Assembly (NCBI GenBank): GCA_965112735.1
Contig: OZ218954.1
Span: 1,922,001-1,986,000 of the forward strand
Direction of reading: 5' to 3'
Source of the DNA: Phaeosaccion multiseriatum
Lineage: Eukaryota; Protista; Ochrophyta, other classes
DNA: 64,000 nt
Shown here: one piece after another, positions 35,218 to 46,903 of the stretch
Position numbering within the stretch: the first letter of the stretch is position 1
Layout: every line of letters starts with the position of its first letter
Notes under the pieces: model-generated
The model's input: only the letters and a program-made list of their open reading frames with translations
Told to the model about the DNA's origin: nothing
Databases searched by the model: none
Made by a program: the position numbers and the translations under genes

Positions 35218-35371
35218 AAAGTGATGGTATTGTGGTTGTAACTGTAAGACCCTCCTTGTTCATACGGTCTAGCGGGTCCAGGGACTTGGATCGAGTCAGT
35301 CAGTCGTTCGTCGCGTCTCACTGCCCCATGCTACGCATGAGGAGCTTGACGAGAGGAGCGACTGCGCGCCA

Positions 35372-36747
35372 TCAGAGGCCATCCTTCATGTCTCTGAGCC
35401 GCTGAGGGAGGAGAGGAAAGGGGGCAGGGGGAGGAGGAGGAGGAGGAGGAGGAGAGAGGGGAGGAGGGGGAGAGGGAAGCGGCAGGGGTAAACGCAATGA
35501 GAGAGGGGGGCAAACGGGAAAACTCAATGAGAGAGGGAGACAGGACACAATTGGGGGAGGGTAAGAGGGCGGGCGGGAGGACAGGGGGAGGGGGAGGGGG
35601 AGGGAGGGGAAGGGCCAGCCACGTCCGGCACAAAAGTATTGTAAGACCAGACTTTAGCGACGCAGTTAGTCAGTTCCTCCCCCCCCCCCCCCTTCCCTGC
35701 TTCCCTGCTTCCTTGCCCTGCCTATCCTCGTAATAGCACCACCACGACACCTCACCTGTAGGGTCTGCGCCGGGGTGGCGTCGTCGCCAAGCCCAGTCTT
35801 GGCTCGGATGGCGGCATTGTTGACACGCAAAAAAGGGTTGGTGACCAGCTCCTTGGCGATCCTGGCAAGGCATCGGCACGCGCATCGAGGTCAGGCATGG
35901 ATCGAGGTCAGGCATGCACGATGGCAATTTTCAATGGGGACGAATCACCGAGCCAATTCATTTCCCGTTTACCCCCCCCTGTGCCGTAACAAGGCGTAAG
36001 TAAGCGTAAGTAAGCGGGCATGTACAGACCAAAAACTCAAGGCCTCGAGGCAAATGTCCCACTCCATGTCCTCCTCTCCCCCCCCACCGCTGCCGCTGCT
36101 GCTGCTGTATTACCAACTGCTGTACCACCAACTGCCGCTGCTGCTGCTGCTGCTGCTTCTTCTCCTCCTTGACTCACGTGCTGGGGATGGTGAAGTGACC
36201 GTTTATTCTTTGCCTTTCGGCCCATGCCACTGCAGCCTTCAGCTCCTCGTTATCTGTCGAGAGCGAGCGGATTGCCACAAGCAGTAGAAGCAGAGTGCAT
36301 CTGTCAGCGTTTTGGTGGCTGCAACAAACGCTAAGAGGTAGGCAGTCCCACACGCGGGGCAATATCACGAGAGATGACATTCACTGGTGACCCTGAGGCT
36401 GGAGGGAGCCCTGTCTGTCTGTGCCTGCCTGTGCACACACCAGGGTCGATCTTGGAGGCGAATTTGTAGTTACTCAGTGTGTATTCGTGGCCGCAGTACA
36501 CCTTCGTGTCCGGAGGTAACTATGGTGGAATTTGAATTGAAGATGGGAGATCAGAGGCGGTGGGAGGGAGGGAGACATGAGAGAAGCGAGGGCGGGTCAG
36601 GCGGGTTTCCGTGTTGGTGTGCTAATGCCTTTGGCACATGCCGACGCAGAGACAGCACCCACCTCGGAGAGCTTGGTAAGCGATGGATACACGACGTCTC
36701 CAGTACCTTCAAAGAACTTGCCAACCCTGAGTGCGAGGTAGAGAAAT

Positions 36748-36778
<31 letters not shown>

Positions 36779-37721
36779 AGGAGGAGGAGGCGAGGTAGAG
36801 GAGTGAGGAAGAGAGAGGAGGAGGAGGCGGAGGAGGCGGCGGAGGAGGAGGAGGAGGAGGCGAGGGTCTCTGCGTCTACTAACCCGCCGACGAAGAGGGT
36901 ATCCCCCGTAAACACGGCGTTTTGGTCTCCCTCCACAGCGTAGTAGCAAATATGGCCCATTGTGTGGCTGTGAGCATGCGCATAGAGGCAGACAAGGACA
37001 GAGAAAGAGGAGAGAGAGAGAAGAGAAGTCCAGAATGGGGAGATCGTGAGGGAGGCGAACTTACTACTGGCACCACAGACCCCACACTCAAGCACACACG
37101 CCTTCACTGCCCATGCTGGGCGCTGCAAGAGTGGCGAATGCAGGAGCAGAGAGGGTCCAGGATCAAGACAGCCCCCTGTCATGCGGTGCTTTCGTGCCGT
37201 CCACTGCTCTGCACTCACCCAGGCGTATGGAGGCACTTGACCTGGATGCCCCCCTCCTCTCCCGCAATGGTGAGCACATCCCCGTCCTCCACCAGCCTCG
37301 TGCAGGCCTCCACGTGCTCTGTCTTGCCGCCAAGCACGCTCACCCCCGGGACCAGCTTCGCGAGCTTGGAGTTTCCGCCGGAGTGGTCCTGATGTGGAGC
37401 GCATTAGAATAGAGACACATTCCCCTCCTTCCCTCTCTTCCACTTACCCAGTGCTTGTGTGTGGCCAACAGCGTTGTGATGGTAACGCCTTCCTCCTCTG
37501 CCGCTTTGAGGATCTGCGGATCCAAATAGAGAGTAGACGATGAGGATGTGTGCAAAGAGGAGGAGGAGGAGGAGGAGAGGAGGAGGAGGAAACCCTTTTC
37601 TTTCTTTTTGCCTTACCTTCTCTGGTTCGGCTGGATCGATCACCGCCGCTAGCCTTGAAGGCTCATGGATAAGAAGGTACCCATAGTTGTCTTCGAGCAA
37701 TGGGACGGAAACGACTTTCAT
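35372..37721 (-). CDS. Hydroxyacylglutathione hydrolase (glyoxalase II); ~9 exons
   Basis: Spliced product: [33 protein letters not shown]|DHSGGN, LHTPG|[20 protein letters not shown]|[29 protein letters not shown]|[12 protein letters not shown], and final exon RLRDMKDGL* (35401-35372). Confidence 0.93.
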
Positions 37722-37871
37722 AACAACAACAAAGTGGGTGTATTGGGGAAAGTTTGGAATGGGGTTTTACTATTACCTCCACGATCCCTCCACCCCCCAA
37801 GTCGTTCCAGGGTCCTTTTTCTCCCCTCGGGCAGACGATCGCGGACTGCCGACACACACACCAAGAAAACG
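37722..37871. promoter_or_regulatory. Putative bidirectional promoter (glyoxalase II / DGK)
   Basis: Only 150 bp lie between the two divergent ATGs. Confidence 0.5.
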
Positions 37872-38374
37872 ATGGCAGATACGTCGCAACAGCCTGATGG
37901 AGGGGGGGGGGAGGCCCTAGCTGTGGCGGAGAAGGTCCAGCAAGAAGCGCGTCTCGCAGAAGACCAGCACGAGGGGAAGGAAACTCAGAAAGAGGAAAAG
38001 GAGAACCCAGCAGCACAGCAGATGGTCGAGGTGTCTCTCGCTGAGGAGGGAGGGGAGAAAGGGGCGGGCGCGGCAGGCGAAGAGGCGAAGGCTGTCGATG
38101 AGGGAGGAGAGGGAGTCGAGAAGGAGAAGTGGACGAACATTATCGTATTTTTCAACAGCAAGTCTGGTGGACAGGTTGGGCCCATCGTGGAGAAGGCCAT
38201 GAAGGCGCACTTACCCGCGGACAGGTATGGCAGGGCGCAAAGGGGGGGGAGAAAGGGATGCTGGTGGGCTTGCTTCCTCTCTCCCCTCTCTCTCTCTTCC
38301 CTCCGCCTTCTTTTTCACCTCCTTCTCTTGCTCCTGCCCTCTCTCTAGTCTCGTACCTCTCCCTCTCTCGCTCT

Positions 38375-38413
<39 letters not shown>

Positions 38414-40477
38414 TATATATATATATATGTGTGTTTGTGTGTGTCGCTTTCTCCCGCCTCCTCTCCTTAACCCCCCATCTCTCTCTCCACCCATGTGGCT
38501 TGTGTCCTCACTCGCCGTCCCCACCCCCCCCCTGCACACACCAATGCCCTCAGAATCTTCGATCTGGCCAAGAGTCGTAAGGAGGGCTGGAGGCCGCAGG
38601 ACAAGCTGCGATTGTTCAGGGACGTGCCGAACCTGCGCGTGCTGGCGTGTGGTGGGGACGGCACCATGGGCTGGATCTTCTCGTGTATCGATGGAGTGCA
38701 GCACGAACTGAAAATGAACAGGTACGATACGTGTTGCGCACACCTCACGCGTTGATTTGCTTCTTTCATGTGTCAACTAATTTGGTACTGACTCATAACA
38801 GACGCACAAAATGCACCAAGAAGAGCCCACTAACAACGACGTTCCGTTCCCTTCCCTTCCGTCCTTTCATGGATCAACTGCTTGGCTGGGTGGATGGGCC
38901 TGCCTCCCCCTCTTTTTGCTCCGATCACACAGATCCCCAGACGCCCCTGCGGCGAATGACATGTGCGAGTTTCCGCTGGCCATGATGCCCCTAGGGACGG
39001 GCAACGACTTGTCGAGGTCCTTCCGCTGGGGAACGCGCTTCCGCACAAAGATGCTCAAGCCTAGATTCCTTGACAAGGTCGAGAGCGCCACCACGCACAC
39101 TCTCGACAGGTGGGTGGGTGGGTGCGTGCGTGCGTGTGTCGGAGAGAGGGAGCGTATGTGGCCCAGGGGAGACGGAGAGGAATGGAGGGAGAGAGGGAAG
39201 GGAGGGGAGGACGGATGGGAAGGAAGGAGGAAAGAAAGGTGGGACGGAAGAGGGAAGGAACCACGTGGAAGGAGGCGGTGGTTAGCGTGATGGAACGCGC
39301 AGGAGGCCCTATGGCTTTGTGGTGGTAGTGCCTTTTGCGTCCACCCCTCCCCCCTTTCCCTTCAGGGTAGGTGGTGACCGTGTGTGTGTGTGTTTTTCTC
39401 ACCTTCCTACCTCGCCTTGTCTGTGAATAGCTGCCCTGCCACTTGTGGCTCGGCTGCGCTGTCGTTGGGCCGGACTGGGCTCGAACTCCTCCATCTCAGC
39501 TGCTCGTCTCTTGGTACCTTGTGTCTTGTATCGTCTCTCTCTCTCTCTCTGTGTGTGTGTGGCGGTGGTGGTGCGGCCCATCGGACGATACACAGGTGGC
39601 TCATCTGTGTCATGCCATACGATCCCGTCGGTGACAAGAAGAAAATTGAAGAAAATCTGCCCCCAACGTTCACGGTGCACTCCTACACCGAGGGGAAGGC
39701 AGGAAGGTGAGTGAGTGAGCCTTCTTGCGACAGGAGAGGACAAGGAGGGAGGAAGGAGGAGGAAGGAGGAGGAGCGACAAGGCGGACGAGTGAGGGGCAC
39801 GGAAAGCATTGGGAAAGCATGGGGTCCTGGAATCACCTCGATTCGTCTTCATCGTCTCTCAATTTGCTGACTCTCTTCCCTTTGTTCCCCTTTCTCCACC
39901 TCTGCCTACCCACCCACCTACCTACCCACCTGCCTGCCTGCCTGCCTGCCTGCCTGCCCATACGCCCGCCTGCCTGCCTGCCCCGGCTGCTGTCTATCTC
40001 CCAACCATTCGACGCGTGTCCTCTCTCTGTCCCTCACCCCATCTCCTCTTGTTCGTTTGTTTGTTGTTTTGTGTTTTCTCAGCGCGATGATTCAAGGTAC
40101 CACGTACTCGGAGGCGGCGGCATCAGAAGCTCGCAGGTTGGCACAGCAGGACCACAAGCAGAGGAAGGAGAGACAGCAGACAGAGGGAGAGGATGCACTC
40201 AATGATTCAGACTCGGACTCTGACCAAGACGACAAGGGGGAGGAGAAGAAGAAGGAAGAGGCGGAGACAGGCCAGGTGCGAAATTGTTCCCAACGACATG
40301 ACAGCCAACACGCCCACACACAACCATTGTGCCACACCACATTTGGTATCAATGTCCCTTTCAGGAGGCAACAAGAGGGATGGAGGCATATAGGCACAGT
40401 CGTGAGGCGCTCAGCGGGGCGAAGTTGGAGGAAAGCTTTTCAATTTGTCCGTCACAGTGCTTGCCGCTGTTCCCACC

Positions 40478-40509
<32 letters not shown>

Positions 40510-42932
40510 TCTCTACCACTCTCACTCTGTCTCTCACTCTATCTCTTCTCACACGTTCCCCGATTCGTGCACACTCCTATGTATGTGCCGCGCCTGCTCA
40601 TCGTACTTGGGTTGGGCCCACAGACAGTAGAGGAGGGAGGACAGGTGAAGGAGGAGGAGGCAGTCGGGATGGTCGCAGAGATTGGCGGGAAGAAGGTGCG
40701 CATGGTGGAAGTGACGGAGAATCCCCCAAAGCCGGACGAAGGTAAGCTTTAAGCTCTTGTGCCGGGCGAGGGCTTGGCTTGTTGGAGTGTGTGCTTTGGA
40801 GAGACTTTTTAATCTTCAGTCGCTCTCTAGGGCGGTGTGTGTGGTGGGAGGGAGAAGAGGGGGAGTTGCGAGGGAGGGTGGGAGGCGGGGGCTCTGACTT
40901 GACACTAGGCACTCCATCCACTGACCAGCAGCAGCCTTGACCGCCGACGGACTCATTGACGCGTTCATGTATGTGTGCGTGCGTGTGCGTAAGCGTGTGC
41001 GTGAGCGTGTGCGTGTGCGTGAGCGTGTGCGTGTGCGTGTGCGTGAGCGTTCTTTGACACGCGACACACACAAATGAATGCGCATATGAATGACGTATGC
41101 GTTCGTCTTTCCTCTGTGCCGGCGTGGGGCCTCCCTTCCATCTATCTGCTACCACCATCGTACCTACACTGCCCTCACCCTATCACCCTATCCCTGACTA
41201 CCCCACTACCCCCCACACTCCCCCCACCCCTCCATCCATCCCTCCCTCCCTCCCTCCCTCCCTCCCTCTCTCCCTCCCTCCCTCTCTCCCTTTCTCTCCC
41301 CATCTCTCTCTCCATCCCTCCCTTCCTCCCTCTCTCCCTCCCTCCCTCCCTCTCTCCCTTTCTCTCCCCATCTCTCTCTCCCTCCTTCCCTCCCCCCCTC
41401 CCTCCCTCCCAGTTCTGGACGTGCGGCCTGAACTACACCCCATGCCATCGGAGACAGTGCTAACCACTCACAACACCTGGGAAAGCTATGATGGTACGTA
41501 CGTCACTTTGATCAAACTGCTTCTTAGATCTGTCCTCCCTCCCTCCCTTCCTTCCTTCCTTCCTTCGTTCGTCCCCTTCCTTTCTTCCTCCCCTTCCGTC
41601 TCCCCTTCGTCCTTGACTCCTTCATTCATTCATTCCCTCCTCCTTCACGCACCCCCCTCCTTCCCTCCCTCCCTCCCTCCCTCCTTTCGTTCCTCCCTCT
41701 CTTCCTGCATAGGCGTGTTTTGCAACTACTTCTCACTGGGCGTGGACGCAGTGGCGGCCGGGGCCTTTCACGAGTACCGAGAAGAGCACCCCGAGAAGTT
41801 CACTTCCCCCACCAAGAACAAGCTCTGGTGAGTGAGGCAGGCATATGGGCAGACAGACAGACAGACAGGCAGGCAGGCAGGCAGGTAGACAGGCAGGCAG
41901 GCAGGTAGACAGGCAGGCAGGCAGGCAGGCAGGCAGGTAGCCAGGCAGGCAGACAGGTAGGTAGACAGGCAGGCAGGCAGGTAGACATGTGGACAGGCAG
42001 GCAGGTAAGCAGGTAGACAGGCCGGTAGGCCGGTAGGCGGTTAGTCAAGCAGTGACATTGGTCAATGATACCAGCCAGGCACCCCCCCAAGCGCTGCTTT
42101 GTCCTACGCGAAGGGAGATACCCGAAGGGAGAGGGTGTGTACCCCGGAGGCGGGTGGCCTCTGACGCGTCGTCTTCGTCGTCTTGTTTTTCACCTGTCCT
42201 GCCTGTTCTGCCCCGCCCCCCCCCCTCTTAATCCCTCGCGCTAATATTCATTTGGCGTTACCACAGGTACGTTCTCAAGGGCTTTCCGGCGGCGGGAGGC
42301 ATGCCCTGCTGCGTCCCCCCACCGGCACCTATCAAGAGGTACGTAACAGTACATAATATTACATGCCGTTGCCAGAGCTCTTCTTGTGCAGGCTCTCGCT
42401 GGCGGAGGAGGATGGGAGTAAGGTAGGAGCACCGCCCCTCCTCCTCCTCCTCCTCCTCCTCCTCCTTCTCCTCCTCCTCCTCCTCCTCCTCCTGCTGCTG
42501 CTGCTGCTGCTGATGCCGCTGTGCATCAATGTAACTGCTTTGAGGTGAAGGAGAGGAGACATCGAGAGAGGCGGCCCTGAGCCGAACCCGAAGGGGGTGT
42601 GCTCCTGCGCTCTGCGGCCCTCTGTCGTAGGTGATGTGCTTCTTCGTCTCCCTCACCCTAACCTCCCTGTTGTACTCCTTATTACTTATTATTACTTATG
42701 TCTATCTGGCTGGGCAGATATCTGACCATGCAGATCAAGCCTGTGGGCGGGGGCGAGTGGGAGGATGTGAAGCTGTCTTCAGGCTTAAGGGGGCTCATCG
42801 TGCTCAACTTGCAGGTCAGTCCCGTGCTCCATGGGAGGGGAGGGATGTGGTGCCTTCGGGTGTTACGGGTATTGAAGAGAGGATGCCAAGAGTGAGTGCG
42901 ATCTGTGGATCTTACTGCCTGCTGTATCACCA

Positions 42933-42964
<32 letters not shown>

Positions 42965-43934
42965 ACCCTAACCGACCTGGGTTTTGGGGGTGAGGAAAGC
43001 GTATCTTGTTTTTCACGTCCTTCGCCCCAACCCAATCCAATCCTTCTCCTCCACAACCTCTGTCTCTCTCTGTCCTCCCCAGAGCTACGCCGGAGGGAAG
43101 AACCTGTGGGGCGATGACAAGGGTCGATTTAAGACCGGTACGATGACAAGTTCAAGCCAGCTGTCCTGCAGCTGTCCCCGGGGTGGAGAGGGACAGGCTA
43201 AGGGCTTTCTCTTGGGTGCTGATGCCGGTGCCTTCCTGTGTCTCTTGGGTGCTGATGCCGGTGCCTTCCTGTGTCTCTTGGGTGCTGATGCCGGTGCCTT
43301 CCTGTGTCTCTTGGGTGCTGATGTCAGTGCCTTCCTGTGTCTCTTGGGTGCTAATGCCAGTGCCTTCCTGTGTCTCACTCATTTCCCTCATGCATCTCGT
43401 GTCAATGGGTCTCAATTGGTCTGTCACGTTCGCTGCGCGATGGTAGCGGATGGTAGCGTGCTTGCATCAGTGGTGTGGAGAGCCATCCATTCATCCATTC
43501 ATCCATTAATGTGTGTGTAGAATGAGATTTTGCGCTGACAGAAGCCTGGAGGGTGTCGACTCACCTGCTGCATTCCCCCCTTATCATCTCAATGCATGCT
43601 GTACCCCCCCCTCCCTCTCTCTCCCCCTCTCCTCCCTTTCTTTCTTTCTTTCTTTCTTCTGTCTCTCTCTCTTCTCTCTTTCTCTCTCTCCCTCCCTATC
43701 TTTCCTCTCTCTCTTCTCTCTCTCTCTCTCGGTGCACACAGCGCTCCCCAACGACGGTTGCCTGGAGGTGGTGGGCGTGGGCAACATTTACGGCCTCGGC
43801 ATCACGCTCGGCATGAACAAGATGGGCAAGCACGCAGCGAGGATCTGCCAGGTAAGGAGGGGAGTGCGTGCCCTGCGTGCCCTGTCTGTGTCAATGTCTG
43901 TGCTGCGAGGTCTTGGGGAGGCAGCCAATCAGGA

Positions 43935-43983
<49 letters not shown>

Positions 43984-44532
43984 TGCTCTCTCTGTGTCGA
44001 TCTCTCTCTCTCTCTCTCTCTCTGCCGTCTTCGTCAAGGGCAAGGGAAGGGCGAGGGGGTCCCCGCTGCCCATGTTGCAGTTACGGATCCCTCTCTCGAG
44101 ACCCACCGTTGCTATCGTAGAGCAGGATATCGTTGTTTTGGTCATTTGGCATTCTCCCGCTGTGCTTACTCTCTCTGCCGCTGCTTGCCCCCCTCTCTCT
44201 TCTCTCGAATATGGCGTCCTTTTTTGGATGAATGCTGCATGTTTTGCTCTCTGTGGCTATAACACCGACCCTGCTGCCGTACCCCGCCTTCCTCCCCTGT
44301 GGTGTGGTGTGCCTTTTGGACTTGGGGGGTTGGGATATATACCCAAACATCTCTGCACATACGCACAAACGCACCTTCACGCCAGGCTTCGGAGATTAAG
44401 ATCAGAATGCGCGATTCTGTGTACATGCAGTGTGACGGAGAGCCGTGGAAGCAGAACAAGGCCACAATTCACATCAAGCACTACGGCCGCAGCTCTTGCC
44501 TAGTGCAGAAGAAGAAAACGGTGAACTTCTGA
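37872..44532 (+). CDS. Diacylglycerol kinase (catalytic + accessory domains); ~13 exons
   Basis: [68 protein letters not shown]|[19 protein letters not shown] and [11 protein letters not shown]. All introns predicted as GT-AG. Confidence 0.93.
43208..43375. repeat. 33-bp minisatellite x5 in a DGK intron
   Basis: Unit tctcttgggtgctgatgccggtgccttcctgtg. Confidence 0.95.
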
Positions 44533-45158
44533 TTCTGATTCAAATCTCATTCGCTGCTGTGGGCGAAAAGTCGTCCAGCCGCTTCAAACCCATATGCCTC
44601 CATCGCTCGGGGGAGGGGCGAACGGATCGAGAACGGCCGCACGTTTAGATCTCTCCTACGGCAGGGAGGTGTTGCGCTTGTTGACTTAGGAGTGCGCTTG
44701 TTGACTTAGGAGTGCCTCGACTGAGTGGGCAGGTGGGGTGTGCGTGTATGATGCGGGCACCTCTGAGGGGGAGGGGCGGAGGCGCCTACAGACATCGAAA
44801 CAGCCATGGAACCTTTCGGGGCCGCAAAAGAAGAAAAAGAAAAGAAAGAGGCACACGACGACTCGAGAAAGGAAGGCATTAAGGCATTTGCTTCTGCGGT
44901 GAGGGTGCGTTTTGAAGAGAGGCACGGCGCCAGTGTTGGACTTTTGTTGTTGATTGCATCAGGATCCGCTCGGACACGGCATATAGAAGCATTCGATGTT
45001 CTCTTACCGACATCGACATTACATTACAGTTACACACCTCTGACTCAGACTCATTTAGGGCCTGAACTAAGAATATACATGGATCGACCCCAAATATCGG
45101 ACCAAGGCCAACAGGGGATACATTTTTTTTAATTAAAAACATGCGTGTTGTTTTGGGA

Positions 45159-45191
<33 letters not shown>

Positions 45192-45340
45192 CTGCTGCTG
45201 CTGAAGCTTCCATGCTCGCCCCTCCCGCATGCTCTGCTCAAAGCAAAAAGCTCAATCCCTCATGTGCCGTCACCACCACCACTGGATCGGCCTCTCTCAA
45301 GGAGGGGCCAGTGCAAGGCCGTTACATTACAAATATTCAC

Positions 45341-46851
45341 TCATGCCATGTCCTTGTAGCACTGGATACTCACGTCATTTCGACACGCCCTAGCCACACA
45401 ATCCTCCACGCTGATTGGATAGAAGCGGACAACAGAGATACGAGAATGGCATGGGTGGTGATGGTGGGGGGGGAGGGGAATGAGGAGGAGGGGGAGGAGG
45501 ACGAGGAGGAGGAGGAGGAGGGAGGAGGGAGAGGCGGAGGAGGAGGAGGGAAAGGAGGGAGAGGCGGAGGAGGAGGATGAGGAGGGGGAGAAGGAGGAGG
45601 AGGAGGGGGAGGAGGAGGAGGGGAGGAGGAGGAGGCGCTGGAGGAGGAGGCGCAGGAGGAGAAGCAGCCGCAGCAGGAGCAGCAGCAGGAGGAGGCGGAG
45701 ACGGAGGAGAACGAGGAAGAGGCGGAGGAGGGGAGGAGGAGGGGGAGGAGGAGGAGGAGAACGAGGAGGAGGAGGAGGAGGAGGAGGAGGAGGAGGAGGA
45801 GGAGGAGGAGGAGGAGGAGGAGGAGGAGGAGGAGGAGGAGGAGGAGGAGGAGGAGGAGGAGGAGGAGGAGGAGGAGGAGGAGGAGGAGGAGGAGGAGGAG
45901 GAGCAGGACCGTGGAGGAGGAGGAGCAGGACCGTGGCAAGAACGCGCCAACGATACCGGGGGGCGGCGATAGTACAAGCAAGCTCACCTCTGCTTGGTGC
46001 CGACCGCCTGAGTGTCGCACAGCTGCAGCACATCGGTGCGATAGAGGCCCCTTATGAGCGCTGTGTAGTGTGCCGCCAGGAAGGGATCTCTCTATGTTGG
46101 CAGACACAACACACAGACAAGAAGGGGGGGGGGGCAGCTTCAGGAAGGGAGCAAAAGCAACAAAGGGGCAAGCACCACACAGGGGAAGAGATGAAGGCTG
46201 AGAGGAGAGGAGGGCCATGTGTGTCAGCTGAGGGGGGGGAGGAGGCCAGTCTGTTGATTGATTGTCGTGTCTTACATCAAGTTCGGCAGACGCCAGGGCG
46301 ATGGAGGGGGCAGAGGCATCCGGAGTCGCGTACGTGTCCTGTAGAGAGAGTAGAGGGCAGGCGGATGGACAGGCAGCGAGCAGGAGCAGCAGTTGGTGAT
46401 ACAGCAGAGCGCTTGGCCTTTTGTTGAGCACTTGGCAGGTCGCTGTACGCTCTCTGTGCGTTTCCACCCGCCCATACAAAGCGTGCTCGAGCGTTATCAA
46501 ATCCGTTACCTTGAAACTGTAAAGCGGCTTCCATGCAGAAACAAGAGCGGAGGAAATGGAGGCAGGCTCCGCGCTGGGGGCGTCGGGAACACTGGGCAGG
46601 CGAGAGACAGTGTGGGAAGGACAGAGGTGTACACAAGGGGGCAGGGACCTGCATCAGATGTAAAAGAGCACCAGCAAGAGCACAAAAGTAGCGCTTGATA
46701 CTTCGGCTGGGGTGGGCCGGGGTAGAAAGCGACCGGGACGGACAAGGGAAAGCTCGGGTGCTGTTATGCGACCCTCAGCTCCTGATGTGTGTAGCTCACG
46801 GGCCCACAGGGGTTAGATCGCAACTGGCACCGACTTACAACACGAACTGTG

Positions 46852-46903
<52 letters not shown>

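Noticed and set aside
44673-44715. 20-bp tandem duplication gcgcttgttgacttaggagt (also small duplications near 34580 and 35885)
   Set aside because: Simple local slippage with no element features.
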